A DNA stretch of 64,000 bases from Candidatus Omnitrophota bacterium. Lineage in GTDB: Bacteria; Omnitrophota; Omnitrophia; Omnitrophales; Aquincolibacteriaceae. The stretch lies in NCBI GenBank assembly GCA_041674705.1, contig JBAYVF010000002.1:14330-78329 (forward strand). The letters are read 5' to 3'. Position numbers and translations under genes: made by a program. Every line of letters starts with the position of its first letter. Position 1 is the first letter of the stretch. A model generated the notes under the pieces. It was not told the DNA's origin and ran no database searches. It saw only the letters and a list, made by a program, of their open reading frames with translations. Shown here one piece after another: positions 18,235 through 26,769 of this stretch.

Positions 18235-18726
18235 TTGCTTGGCATGGAAAGGGGAGTCATTTTGGAAGAAAAGGCAGCGGATTTTTTTAAAAATCTATTT
18301 ATTTGCTCAAAAGTAATATTAGAAAAAGAGCGTAAAACATTGCGGTGCTGCGGACTTTCGCTTTCTGATTATCTTATTTTATCCAGCGTGTATGAAACTC
18401 AAGATCTAAAAATGACCGATATCGCGAAAGAACTATTCGTGTCTCGCCCTGTGGCAACTTATGCTGTAGATCGTCTTGTTCGGCGAGGTTTGATTAAAAG
18501 ATGCCGTTCAAAAGATCGCGATCGTCGAATCGTCTTACTCAAAATGACACCAAAAGTGAGGTTTTTACTTAAGTCGATTCGCGAAAAACAGAGATTATTA
18601 CTTAAGAACGGTTTTAGTGAACTACCGGAGCATGTCCGAAAGTTGCTTTCCGCTTATTTCCCGCAAATAAGAGCATTCTCTGGAAAGGATAGCTGCAAGA
18701 ATCATAAAGGAGATAAGGTCTTATAG
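18235..18726 (+). CDS. MarR-family transcriptional regulator
   Basis: LSLSDYLILSSVYETQDLKMTDIAKELFVSRPVATYAVDRLVRRGLI winged-HTH. Confidence 0.8.
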   Translation: MLGMERGVILEEKAADFFKNLFICSKVILEKERKTLRCCGLSLSDYLILSSVYETQDLKMTDIAKELFVSRPVATYAVDRLVRRGLIKRCRSKDRDRRIVLLKMTPKVRFLLKSIREKQRLLLKNGFSELPEHVRKLLSAYFPQIRAFSGKDSCKNHKGDKVL

Positions 18727-18944
18727 AAAAATTATATAAGCATTTTTTTATTACAGGGCTTGATGCCTGTGATTTTGGGAAACGTCACTTCCGAGCTATG
18801 TTTGTTGTGCGGTGTGGTTCACTAATCTGAAAGGGCAACAGAAATCCATGGTTTGGAGCTGGATTGGTATTGGAGTTCTCATTTTGGGGTGGCTTGCAAT
18901 TCTATGGGGACTTATCCGTTTCTTTATGTTCGTGGGCGCTGAAA

Positions 18945-20897
18945 ATGATGACTAAAATCCTCAAATTCCACTCGATCCGATGGAAGCTTTTTATTGCTGT
19001 TTCACTTCCGCTTTTTATTGTCTCTTTCCTGATTCTTGGCATGGTTTTTTATGACCTTCGAAGGAGCGCTGTTGAGGGCATGAATCATTACATGGAGGAA
19101 CTAGCGACGCTATACGCGGAGAAGTTTGACGCAAATTTTTCCTCAGTTGTCCGTGCGGCAGAAGCAACGGCTGTTTTTCTTTCCGGCGAAGGAACAGCCT
19201 CTGAAAGAGATCTCTATCAAATTCTCCGAAATAATGTAGAAAAAAATCCAATTATTTATGGCTCTTCAGTTGCGTTCGAAGAAAATGCCTCTCAAACGGG
19301 GAAAAAGCTGTTTGCGCCTTATGTTCACAGGGGTATTTCTGCAACACTTACTCCATTCCAATCCGACGGAAAAAATTCTCTGCGAGAAGAAGATATGGCG
19401 CAGAAGAACCCAGACTACCGGAATTTCAACTGGTATCGGGCGCCTCGAAAAAAAGGGGGAGGCTATTGGACGGAACCTTATTTCGACCCACGGGCCGAAA
19501 ATACTCTTATCTGCACTTATTCGGTCCCGGTCTTTTCCCGTGGAAAATTCCAAGGGATCGTTTTGGTGGATATCCGGGTCCAGGATCTCCAGAAACTGAT
19601 CAACAAAAATAGTTTTGTCCGAGAAAACACATTTGCAATCCTTAGTCGCGAAGGACGTTTCGTAAGACATCCCGATCCAAAACTTAATGTTCAGGAAACC
19701 GTATCTTCTGCGGCGATCAAATATCACCGTCCCGAGCTTGTAATGCTTGGCCATAAAATGATGGCAGGAGAGAAGGGCGTCGTGTTGATGAAAGGCGTTC
19801 TGGATTCTCGGAGGGCGATTCTGTTTTACGCGCCCATTCCCAGCACGGGATGGTCATTTGCCGCAATAGTTCCCGAGAACGAGGTGATGCTCCCCGTTTG
19901 GAAAAAACTCTCCAAATTTGGTTTAAGCATGGTTGCAGGTTTCGTCCTGATAGTGGTTATGCTTTTTAGGATTTCTTCGAAGATCACAAAGCCGGTTACG
20001 GATCTCGCCGCGGCAATTCCGAGGATTGGTAAGGGGAATTTCAATGTTGTATTAAAAGAACGATTCGGCCGTGACGAGTTGAGCGAGCTGACGGAGTCTT
20101 TTAACAAGATGGCGCATGATCTCCAGGCCTACACGGAATCCTTGGTCCGTGAGACCAGCACCCGGCAGCGCATGGAAGGAGAACTTCAGTTGGTGCGGAA
20201 CATCCAGCTTTCTCTTTTCCCTAAAGCGTTTCCGGGTGCAATGGAGTTCGATCTTTTTGCGGAGAACCGGCCCGCGTATTTCGTGGCTGGCGATTTTTAC
20301 GATTTCTTTTTTGTCGGGAAAGACACCTTCGTTTTTTCTATCGCGGATGTCTCTGGGAAAGGCATCTCAGCGGCCATGTTCATGGTGATGGCTCACACGC
20401 TGCTGCGTAAGCTTGCCGCTTCAGGAAGAACGCCATCGGAGGTGATTGATGAGATCAATCGCTTTCTTCTTGGGAAAAATGAGACAGGGATGTTTGTCAC
20501 GATGTTCCTGGGTTATTACGACATCAAGAATGGAACGGTTCGTTATGCTAATGCGGGGCATCCGCAACCTTTTTGCATGAATAGCGAGGGAGCTCTTCGA
20601 AAATTCGGTGTAGTTACGGGGACTCCTTTGGGTATTTCGGATTCTTCTGGGTATGAGGAGAAAAAGGAGACCTTGAGAATTAATGAGACGCTTGTTCTCT
20701 ATACCGACGGCTTCACAGAGGCAAGGACTCCGTCTGGAGAATTCCTCAATGAAAAACGCTTCCAGGATTTTATCGTAGAACAATCACAGATGTCCCCCAA
20801 AAGGTTAGGGGAAATGTTATTTCAAAAAGTTACAAGCTTTCAGCAAAAGAAACTTGCCGACGATCTCACTCTTTTAGTTTTACGCCGTTCTTGCTAA
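18945..20897 (+). CDS. Cache-HAMP-PP2C (SpoIIE/RsbU-type) sensor phosphatase
   Basis: TM, periplasmic Cache-like region, TM, HAMP (PVTDLAAAIPRIGKGNFN), C-terminal SpoIIE PP2C motifs (GDFYDFF, IADVSGKG, YTDGFTEA). Confidence 0.85.
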   Translation: MMTKILKFHSIRWKLFIAVSLPLFIVSFLILGMVFYDLRRSAVEGMNHYMEELATLYAEKFDANFSSVVRAAEATAVFLSGEGTASERDLYQILRNNVEKNPIIYGSSVAFEENASQTGKKLFAPYVHRGISATLTPFQSDGKNSLREEDMAQKNPDYRNFNWYRAPRKKGGGYWTEPYFDPRAENTLICTYSVPVFSRGKFQGIVLVDIRVQDLQKLINKNSFVRENTFAILSREGRFVRHPDPKLNVQETVSSAAIKYHRPELVMLGHKMMAGEKGVVLMKGVLDSRRAILFYAPIPSTGWSFAAIVPENEVMLPVWKKLSKFGLSMVAGFVLIVVMLFRISSKITKPVTDLAAAIPRIGKGNFNVVLKERFGRDELSELTESFNKMAHDLQAYTESLVRETSTRQRMEGELQLVRNIQLSLFPKAFPGAMEFDLFAENRPAYFVAGDFYDFFFVGKDTFVFSIADVSGKGISAAMFMVMAHTLLRKLAASGRTPSEVIDEINRFLLGKNETGMFVTMFLGYYDIKNGTVRYANAGHPQPFCMNSEGALRKFGVVTGTPLGISDSSGYEEKKETLRINETLVLYTDGFTEARTPSGEFLNEKRFQDFIVEQSQMSPKRLGEMLFQKVTSFQQKKLADDLTLLVLRRSC

Positions 20898-20924
20898 GAG
20901 GCGCATTTCACAGAAGGAAATCAT

Positions 20925-22496
20925 ATGAACGTTTTCTTGGTTTATGTCAGAGATGAAAATTATTACAGGTTGCTTCCGAAAAGATTAAATAAAACACGAA
21001 CGGGTAGTGGGCGGATAAAAATGATGGCATTCCCACCGCTCGCTATTCAAGTTCTCGCTCCGGTCCTGCGCCAGCACGGACACGAGGTGAGGATGTTTGA
21101 CATGTGTCATCCCGAGATGCAAGCAGAGAATATCGCTCAGGCGGCAACCATAGAGAAGCCAGATCTGATCGCTCTTTCCTTTCTCTCGACCACCACCTAT
21201 CCTGCCACCAAAGACCTGGCCCAGCGGCTAAAATCAGTAGCTCCGAATATCCCGATCATTGCTGGAGGAGTGTTTACCACCATCAATGCAGAGCATGTTC
21301 TGAGAGAATGTTCTCATCTCGATTGTGTGGGGGTCGGGGAAGGTGAGGAGCTACTGCCGGATTATCTAAACAACCTTGATGCCCCAGGCTTTGTGGCGGG
21401 TCTTGTGTGGCGTAATGAAGGAAAGATCATTCAAAATCCACCTCGCCCGCTTATTCAGGATCTAGATCAATTTCCTTATCCTGATCGTACTACGTTGCCG
21501 ATCGATTACATTGAATCATTGCCACTTGACGTTCCTGCGGTTTTGTCTCTAGATAAATTTTGCACCATGCAGACATCGCGAGGGTGTCCGTATTCATGCG
21601 TTTACTGTGGTATTCCTTTTCTTTCGCAGCACAAAGTGCGCACTCGTTCAGCAGCCCATGTCCTTGGAGAGATGCAACAGTTGCATGATATGGGGTATCG
21701 CTCCATTTATTTTACAGATGATCACTTTCTGCTCGATGGTAAGCGTATTAATGAGATTTGTCGCGGCATTATAGAACGCAAGTTGAAGTTTCAATGGGGT
21801 TGTGAAGGCAGGGTTGATTCGATAGCGGTTGATCAACTTCCAATTATGAGCCAGGCTAACTGTAAGTTTCTAGCGTTTGGTGTGGAGGCCGGTTCTCAAA
21901 AAGTGTTAGACCGGCTTAAAAAGAACCAAAGCTTGGTCAAGATTGAGCATGCTATCAGCGAAGCGAAACGGCAAGGGATCAAAAGAGTCCACGGCTTTTT
22001 TGTGGTCGGTTCTCCTGATGAAAACATGGAAGATATCTTGGCGAGTTTCCGTTTTGCTGCCAAACTCAAACTCGATACTTTCAGTTTTAACCGCTTGTGC
22101 GTCTACCGTGGGACTCCTTTGTGGGGAGAATATGTTAATCGTGGAATTATTGATGACAAGCGAGATTGGGATAAATGGTTCAAATGCTCTGACATTGATC
22201 CACTCGTCTTGCCGAGTGAGAAAGTAAACGGTTTGCGGATGAAAGGATATGTGAATCTTTTTTCTCAACGGATTTTCAAACGTCCCATTCAGACCTTAAT
22301 ACTTCTGATCACTTTTAGCAGGCATATGAAAATCTCGGATCTTTTTAAGCTTCTCTGGAGTCCGTTCCAGAAACGAGTTTTGACCCGAAAAGCTAATCTT
22401 ACAGCCAGGATGATGGATTCAGGCCTCACTGAGCCTAAACGAAATAGTTTTCCCATTCCAATCGGTCTGCCTGTTCAGGCTAGTAGTTCAGAGTAA
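20925..22496 (+). CDS. B12-binding-domain radical SAM protein
   Basis: N-terminal cobalamin-binding-like domain. CxxxCxxC cluster motif SRGCPYSCVYCGIP. Confidence 0.85.
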   Translation: MNVFLVYVRDENYYRLLPKRLNKTRTGSGRIKMMAFPPLAIQVLAPVLRQHGHEVRMFDMCHPEMQAENIAQAATIEKPDLIALSFLSTTTYPATKDLAQRLKSVAPNIPIIAGGVFTTINAEHVLRECSHLDCVGVGEGEELLPDYLNNLDAPGFVAGLVWRNEGKIIQNPPRPLIQDLDQFPYPDRTTLPIDYIESLPLDVPAVLSLDKFCTMQTSRGCPYSCVYCGIPFLSQHKVRTRSAAHVLGEMQQLHDMGYRSIYFTDDHFLLDGKRINEICRGIIERKLKFQWGCEGRVDSIAVDQLPIMSQANCKFLAFGVEAGSQKVLDRLKKNQSLVKIEHAISEAKRQGIKRVHGFFVVGSPDENMEDILASFRFAAKLKLDTFSFNRLCVYRGTPLWGEYVNRGIIDDKRDWDKWFKCSDIDPLVLPSEKVNGLRMKGYVNLFSQRIFKRPIQTLILLITFSRHMKISDLFKLLWSPFQKRVLTRKANLTARMMDSGLTEPKRNSFPIPIGLPVQASSSE

Positions 22497-22930
22497 ACTG
22501 CTTTTCAAAAACAGCCAGTTTTGAAACTCATCTAACGCGGCGAGCCATTTATCTTTGTGATATGCTACGGAGGTGCGTTTACTGCATGTCTTGGGGAACC
22601 CAGTAGGGCTTAAGCTGAAATTGCATTGAACGAATGTCGTAATTGCTATCAATTACGACATTGGTGTAAACCGTTTATATTTGTCCACCTCTTGAGCTCC
22701 AGACAAACGTATCTGCTTTATCAATAATAAGTTAAGTATAAATCAACCTCTTCAAAACTGGACAAATTGGACAAAAAATCCCCTATAAAGACCTCAAAAG
22801 GTGCCTTTTAACTCGGTAATTCTGGGATCTCTGTTCACCCATAATTGCTGGATATAATGTAGCGCTTCGATTATAATTTCGCCCATTCGTCCCGAGAGGA
22901 TTGCGGTTCCATGACATCCTAGGGACGCCA

Positions 22931-22965
22931 ATTCCAAAACCAGGCGTTTCGCCTGGTTTTGGAAT
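22931..22965. repeat. perfect 16-bp inverted repeat / hairpin
   Basis: attccaaaaccaggcg ttt cgcctggttttggaat. Confidence 0.7.
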
Positions 22966-22986
22966 TACGTTCAAAGGCGGGGATTT

Positions 22987-23085
22987 GAAGTGAGCCCTGA
23001 TTTGAAGCATGACTTAATGTCATGATTCAGGGGCGAGTGGCCGACCCGAAACTTGCCTCGTATAACGAGGCGAGTGGAGGGCGCC
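22987..23085 (+). repeat. copy X of a ~95-nt structured repeat (second copy at 29633..29722)
   Basis: Shared blocks gaagKgagc..tgatt, hairpin catgac(t)taatgtcatg, gtggccgacc, ggcgcc. Confidence 0.55.
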
Positions 23086-23146
23086 AAATCCCTGGTTCTT
23101 CCCCAACAAACGGGAAAAAGTTTTTCCATTTTAAGGAGGCGATTCT

Positions 23147-23530
23147 ATGAAATTTCGAATGATCCCCGTATTCCTTTTAGCCATGGTGTTTATTCCTTTT
23201 ACAGGCTGCGCGAAGAAAGCGGATCCCAAGAGGTCGATCGAAAAGATCCGGAAAGAAGTGGTAGCAATGCCTCTGGCGAAGCTCGAGGTCCAGGCCTCCA
23301 ATTACGCGGCAGCGATCCGTGCCCAAAAGCTTGAGATCGAAAAGATCCAGCAGCAGATACAAAGGATGCCTATGGATAAAGTTTTTAGCAATAAGTCCAT
23401 GACGCGCCGTATCGCGGAGATCGGTCGCGAGGCCGAGGCTCTTTTTGAACGGTATGGGATCTATGCGGAAGCTTTTCAGAAAAAAGGCGGGGATCTTTCC
23501 AAGATCCAGATTGAACCGGTCCAGGCCTAA
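23147..23530 (+). CDS. lipoprotein with coiled-coil region
   Basis: AGGAGG RBS. Signal peptide with lipobox FTGC. Confidence 0.6.
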   Translation: MKFRMIPVFLLAMVFIPFTGCAKKADPKRSIEKIRKEVVAMPLAKLEVQASNYAAAIRAQKLEIEKIQQQIQRMPMDKVFSNKSMTRRIAEIGREAEALFERYGIYAEAFQKKGGDLSKIQIEPVQA

Positions 23531-23583
23531 GATCGATCCGTTGTTCGAAGGGTATGTCCGATTGTCGCAACAGCCGGTTTTTT

Positions 23584-23619
23584 AAAAAAGGGGCTCTCAA
23601 GAAGAGCTCCTTTTTTTTT
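23584..23619. terminator. bidirectional rho-independent terminator
   Basis: aaaaaaggggctc tcaagaa gagctcctttttttttt (A-tract, stem, T-tract). Confidence 0.65.
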
Positions 23620-23632
23620 GAGTTTCTGAACT

Positions 23633-23751
23633 ATCCTGACTTTTGTTTTCTTTTTATCAGGGGGAGTCAGGATTGCCCCGATTTCAGCGGAGTTGAAATT
23701 GATAGGTATTGGGACAGATTTTCTGAAATTGATAAGAATTGGGACTATAAT
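23633..23751 (+). ncRNA. copy 1 of an ~83-nt two-hairpin element, plus an extra half copy ending in TATAAT (candidate structured RNA or regulatory element)
   Basis: SL1 atcctgac/gtcaggat. The 41-nt core at 23675-23715 is 34/41 identical to the reverse complement of 38254-38294. Half copy at 23723-23745, TATAAT at 23746-23751. Confidence 0.4.
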
Positions 23752-23785
23752 GCCCCGTTCTAGGGGATAACCGGAGAGAGAACTT

Positions 23786-24904
23786 TTGAAGATCCTGCAC
23801 ATGGCAACTCATCTCAACACCGGCGGCATCACGTCCTATCTTTTGATCCTGAGCAAAGAACAGACGAAGGCCGGACATGAGGTTTACATCTGGGCGAGCG
23901 CGGGGGAGCGCTCAGGGGATTTTAGGCCCTGTTCTGCCGGGATCGTGCCGGATGTGCCCCGGTGTAAAAGCGAGCTTTCGCCCAACCTTTGGACGCAACT
24001 TCCAAAACTGGTTTCCTTCCTTAAAAAGAATCCGGTGGATATTATTCACTGCCACACCCGTGTCGCGCAGGTCCTTGCCGCGGCGGCGGGCTTTTTCGTC
24101 AAGACCCCGTATGTCTCCACAGCGCATATGCTTTATAAAAAACGGTTGGGCCGGAGACTTTTCCCTTGTTGGGGGAAGGCTGTTATTGCCATTTCCAGGG
24201 CCATGCAGGAAGGCCTCCTCGAAGTTTTCGGGCGGGAAAACCTGCCTCTGATAGAAATCGTGCTCAATGGCATTGATATCGGGGCATTGCGTGCCAGGAT
24301 CGATCAAACGGACCGGGAAGCTGTGCGGAAAAGTTATGGATATGCCTCCAACCATCTTGTGGTGGCATCCATGGCCCGCTTGATCCCGGTGAAAGGCGCG
24401 CACTTGCTCGTGGAGGCGTTTGCGATCGCAAGAAAAAAGGTTCCTCACATGCGACTGCTTTTGGGTGGTTCCGGTGAGGATGTTTATGTCCAAAATCTCA
24501 AACGACGTGTTACCGAATTGGGTCTCGAGACAGATGTTTTGTTCCTCGGGAATGTGACTGAGATCGAAAAACCTCTGAAAGCCACGGATATTTTTGTAGC
24601 ACCTTATGTTTGGGAGGAAGCTTTCGGCATTGCGGTTCTGGAGGCCATGATCGCAGGGCAGGCCATTATCGGAGCCAAGTCGGGGAGCGTTCCAGAGCTT
24701 CTGGATCATGGGCGCCGTGGGCTTCTTTTTGAGAAAGGGGACGTAGAGGCTCTTGCCGAACTTTTGATCAAGCTTTCTGAGGATGTTCAGCTTCGTAAAG
24801 AATTGGGGATGGCCGCCATGGATGGTGCTGAGGAATATTCTTCCGCACACATGGGTGAAGGTGTTCAGAAGGTTTATGAAGAAGTGTTGAAGCACCGGCT
24901 ATGA
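23786..24904 (+). CDS. GT-B glycosyltransferase (family GT4)
   Basis: TTG start after a GGAGAG RBS. KILHMATHLNTGG N-terminus and EAFGIAVLEAMIAG E-x7-E region. Confidence 0.85.
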   Translation: MKILHMATHLNTGGITSYLLILSKEQTKAGHEVYIWASAGERSGDFRPCSAGIVPDVPRCKSELSPNLWTQLPKLVSFLKKNPVDIIHCHTRVAQVLAAAAGFFVKTPYVSTAHMLYKKRLGRRLFPCWGKAVIAISRAMQEGLLEVFGRENLPLIEIVLNGIDIGALRARIDQTDREAVRKSYGYASNHLVVASMARLIPVKGAHLLVEAFAIARKKVPHMRLLLGGSGEDVYVQNLKRRVTELGLETDVLFLGNVTEIEKPLKATDIFVAPYVWEEAFGIAVLEAMIAGQAIIGAKSGSVPELLDHGRRGLLFEKGDVEALAELLIKLSEDVQLRKELGMAAMDGAEEYSSAHMGEGVQKVYEEVLKHRL

Positions 24905-24917
24905 AGAAACCTAACTC

Positions 24918-26009
24918 GTGAAAAAATCTTTCCGCAAGAAGATCGTGGTCGGGATGTCCGGGGGCGTGGATTCTTCCATGGCGCTTGTGCTTCTAAAAGA
25001 AATGGGTTGGGATCCAGTCGGCGTTTCACTTAAGTATCCTGTTTGGGAAGACCCTGAGAATTGCCTCAAGGAGAATGTCTGCTGCAGTGCGGAGTCTTTC
25101 CAGATCGCGGCCAATGTTTGCAAAAAACTTGGCGTTCCCCATCACATTTTTGATGTATCCCGGGATTTTAAAAGAGAAGTCATTGATTATTTTCTCGGTC
25201 GTCTGCGCAATCACAAAACCCCGAACCCCTGTGTGATGTGTAACCGGTATCTTAAATTCAAGAAACTTCTCGATTGGGCCAAGCGGCATGGGATCGACTC
25301 TGTGGCGACCGGGCATTATGCGCGGGTTCGTAAGAATCCGAAAACCAGGAAATTTGAACTTCTCGCGAGTAAGGACACAGAAAAAGACCAGACTTATTCG
25401 CTTAGTTTTCTTTCCCAGGACCAGCTTCGTCATATCGTGCTTCCTCTGGGGGGCTACACTAAACAAGAGATTTACAAGATGGCCGAGGAACACGGGTTTG
25501 AGATCTTTCTCAAGCGCAAACAAAGCCAGGATTTTTGTTTTGTGTCCGGGAATGCGATGGAGCCGTTCCTCAGCAAAGAGATCGGACGCAATGAAGGCGA
25601 GGTTCGCGATGACGCAGGGCATGTGATCGGCAAGCACCAAGGGCTTCACTTTTATACCGTCGGTCAGCGCAAAGGGCTCGGGTTTTCCGGGGGTCCTTTT
25701 TTTGTGAAAGGATCTGATGTGAGCCGCAATGTTCTTAAGGTGACTCGAGATGAGAAAAATCTCCTGAGCCGGGAAGTATTTTTTTCTCCCTGTAATTTTA
25801 TCAGCGGAATGCCTAAGCGTGCTGTGCGCGTCAAGGCAAAGATCCGGTATCGTCAGGCAGCGGCACCTGGCATGTTGCATCCTCTCCCCGGAAATAAAGC
25901 AAAGATCATTTTTGATAAACCCCAGCGTGCCGTAACCCCAGGCCAATTTGCCGTGCTTTACCAACGGAATGTTTGCCTCGGGGCGGGGGAGATTCAGAGT
26001 AAAGAATGA
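24918..26009 (+). CDS. mnmA: tRNA 2-thiouridine(34) synthase
   Basis: PP-loop VVGMSGGVDSS, catalytic-Cys region NPCVMCN, GHYAR motif. Confidence 0.9.
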   Translation: MKKSFRKKIVVGMSGGVDSSMALVLLKEMGWDPVGVSLKYPVWEDPENCLKENVCCSAESFQIAANVCKKLGVPHHIFDVSRDFKREVIDYFLGRLRNHKTPNPCVMCNRYLKFKKLLDWAKRHGIDSVATGHYARVRKNPKTRKFELLASKDTEKDQTYSLSFLSQDQLRHIVLPLGGYTKQEIYKMAEEHGFEIFLKRKQSQDFCFVSGNAMEPFLSKEIGRNEGEVRDDAGHVIGKHQGLHFYTVGQRKGLGFSGGPFFVKGSDVSRNVLKVTRDEKNLLSREVFFSPCNFISGMPKRAVRVKAKIRYRQAAAPGMLHPLPGNKAKIIFDKPQRAVTPGQFAVLYQRNVCLGAGEIQSKE

Positions 26010-26065
26010 TCCACGGTCCACGCACCACGTTCCACGTGGTCCATGGATCGTGGCCCGTGGAGCGG
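26010..26065. repeat. heptamer-unit inverted repeat (4+4 units), possible terminator
   Basis: Starts on the base after the mnmA stop: tccacgg tccacgc accacgt tccacgt | ggtccat ggatcgt ggcccgt ggagcgg, centred on cacgtg. Confidence 0.8.
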
Positions 26066-26080
26066 CGTTATTCGCATTGA

Positions 26081-26109
26081 TTGACAACGCTCGCTAAAAT
26101 GATAATAAT
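26081..26109 (+). promoter_or_regulatory. sigma70-type promoter for the bactofilin-HTH gene
   Basis: TTGACA (26081-26086), 17 nt, AATAAT (26104-26109). AAGGAG RBS downstream. Confidence 0.4.
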
Positions 26110-26153
26110 GACTCAGGTTTTTTACCCCACAATATCTCCAAAGGAGAGCGACC

Positions 26154-26690
26154 ATGGCCAATAATAAAAAAAAGGAAGAGACCCAGGAGAAGATCCTCGA
26201 TGTCGACGCAAGCATGCAGGGGACCATTTCGTTTAAAGACCCTGTGAATCTGCGGATCAACGGAAGTTTCGAGGGCAAACTCGATACGCGCGGCAATCTT
26301 ACGATCGGCGAGAACGCCAAGGTTAGCGCGAATATCCACGGCGACAATATTGTGATCGCCGGAAAAGTGTCCGGGGATGTTATCGCGACCCGGAGTCTTT
26401 CCATCCTCGGAACGGCGACGCTTAAGGGAAATCTCACGACGCCGCGCTTGAGCATCGGAGACGGCGCGATCCTTCAAGGGCTAGTGAGTATGCAAGGCGT
26501 GGGCGCTTCAGACGGGGCGGATACTTTCCTGACCCTCAAGGATGTGGCGCAGTATCTGGAGGTAGAGTCGAAAGTGATCGAGGAATGGGCTCACTCCAAA
26601 AAGATTCCGGCGCGTTTTGACAATGGCCACTGGGTTTTTACCAAGGCCGAAGTGGATCAATGGATCCAGCAGGAACGGGCTCGGGTCTAA
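26154..26690 (+). CDS. bactofilin domain fused to a C-terminal excisionase/MerR-type HTH
   Basis: Bactofilin beta-helix repeats (INGSFEGKLDTRGNLTIGENAKVSANIHGDNIVIAGKVSGDV). C-terminal LTLKDVAQYLEVESKVIEEWAHSKKIPA HTH_17-like. Confidence 0.75.
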   Translation: MANNKKKEETQEKILDVDASMQGTISFKDPVNLRINGSFEGKLDTRGNLTIGENAKVSANIHGDNIVIAGKVSGDVIATRSLSILGTATLKGNLTTPRLSIGDGAILQGLVSMQGVGASDGADTFLTLKDVAQYLEVESKVIEEWAHSKKIPARFDNGHWVFTKAEVDQWIQQERARV

Positions 26691-26769
26691 GATTCTAAAT
26701 TCGGACTCCGTTGTTTTTTCGGTCATAAAGTATTCCCATCTCTTTTCGTCCTAAGGCGGTTGATCTATC

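Noticed and set aside
17958-18290. 110-aa ORF overlapping the 75-aa winged-helix ORF
   Set aside because: It is in a different frame from 18004-18231, whose sequence matches a small wHTH pattern. The 110-aa translation is Cys/Arg-rich without motifs.
22783-23010. Track ORFs in hairpin-rich intergenic DNA (22783-23010 minus, 23053-23334 plus, 38182-38427 plus, 29211-29408 minus, 29408-29647 plus, 29466-29669 minus)
   Set aside because: They run through tRNA genes or perfect palindromes, have no RBS and have noise-like composition. They are better explained as non-coding.
22979-23100. Copy X region as a genuine tRNA, tmRNA, RNase P, SRP or 6S RNA gene
   Set aside because: I could not fold a cloverleaf, because no 5' acceptor strand matches gttcttc. 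I found none of the hallmark strings I know for tmRNA (ggggctga...ccacca end), RNase P (gaggaaagtcc) or SRP (aggtcaggtccggaagg). It is left as an unclassified repeat.
23912-24895. Long antisense ORFs opposite well-supported genes (23912-24895, 25026-26087, 29744-30367, 30509-31486, 32202-33935, 38404-39561, 39619-40440, 43596-44984, 46041-46703, 7405-7833, 12276-13001, all on the minus strand)
   Set aside because: Each lies entirely within a gene on the other strand that has clear family motifs (GT4, MnmA, LeuS, GH35, TPR protein, MurJ, UvrC, ParB-MTase, MFP). Their translations are Arg/Pro/Gly-rich or low-complexity with no motifs, so they are typical shadow ORFs.
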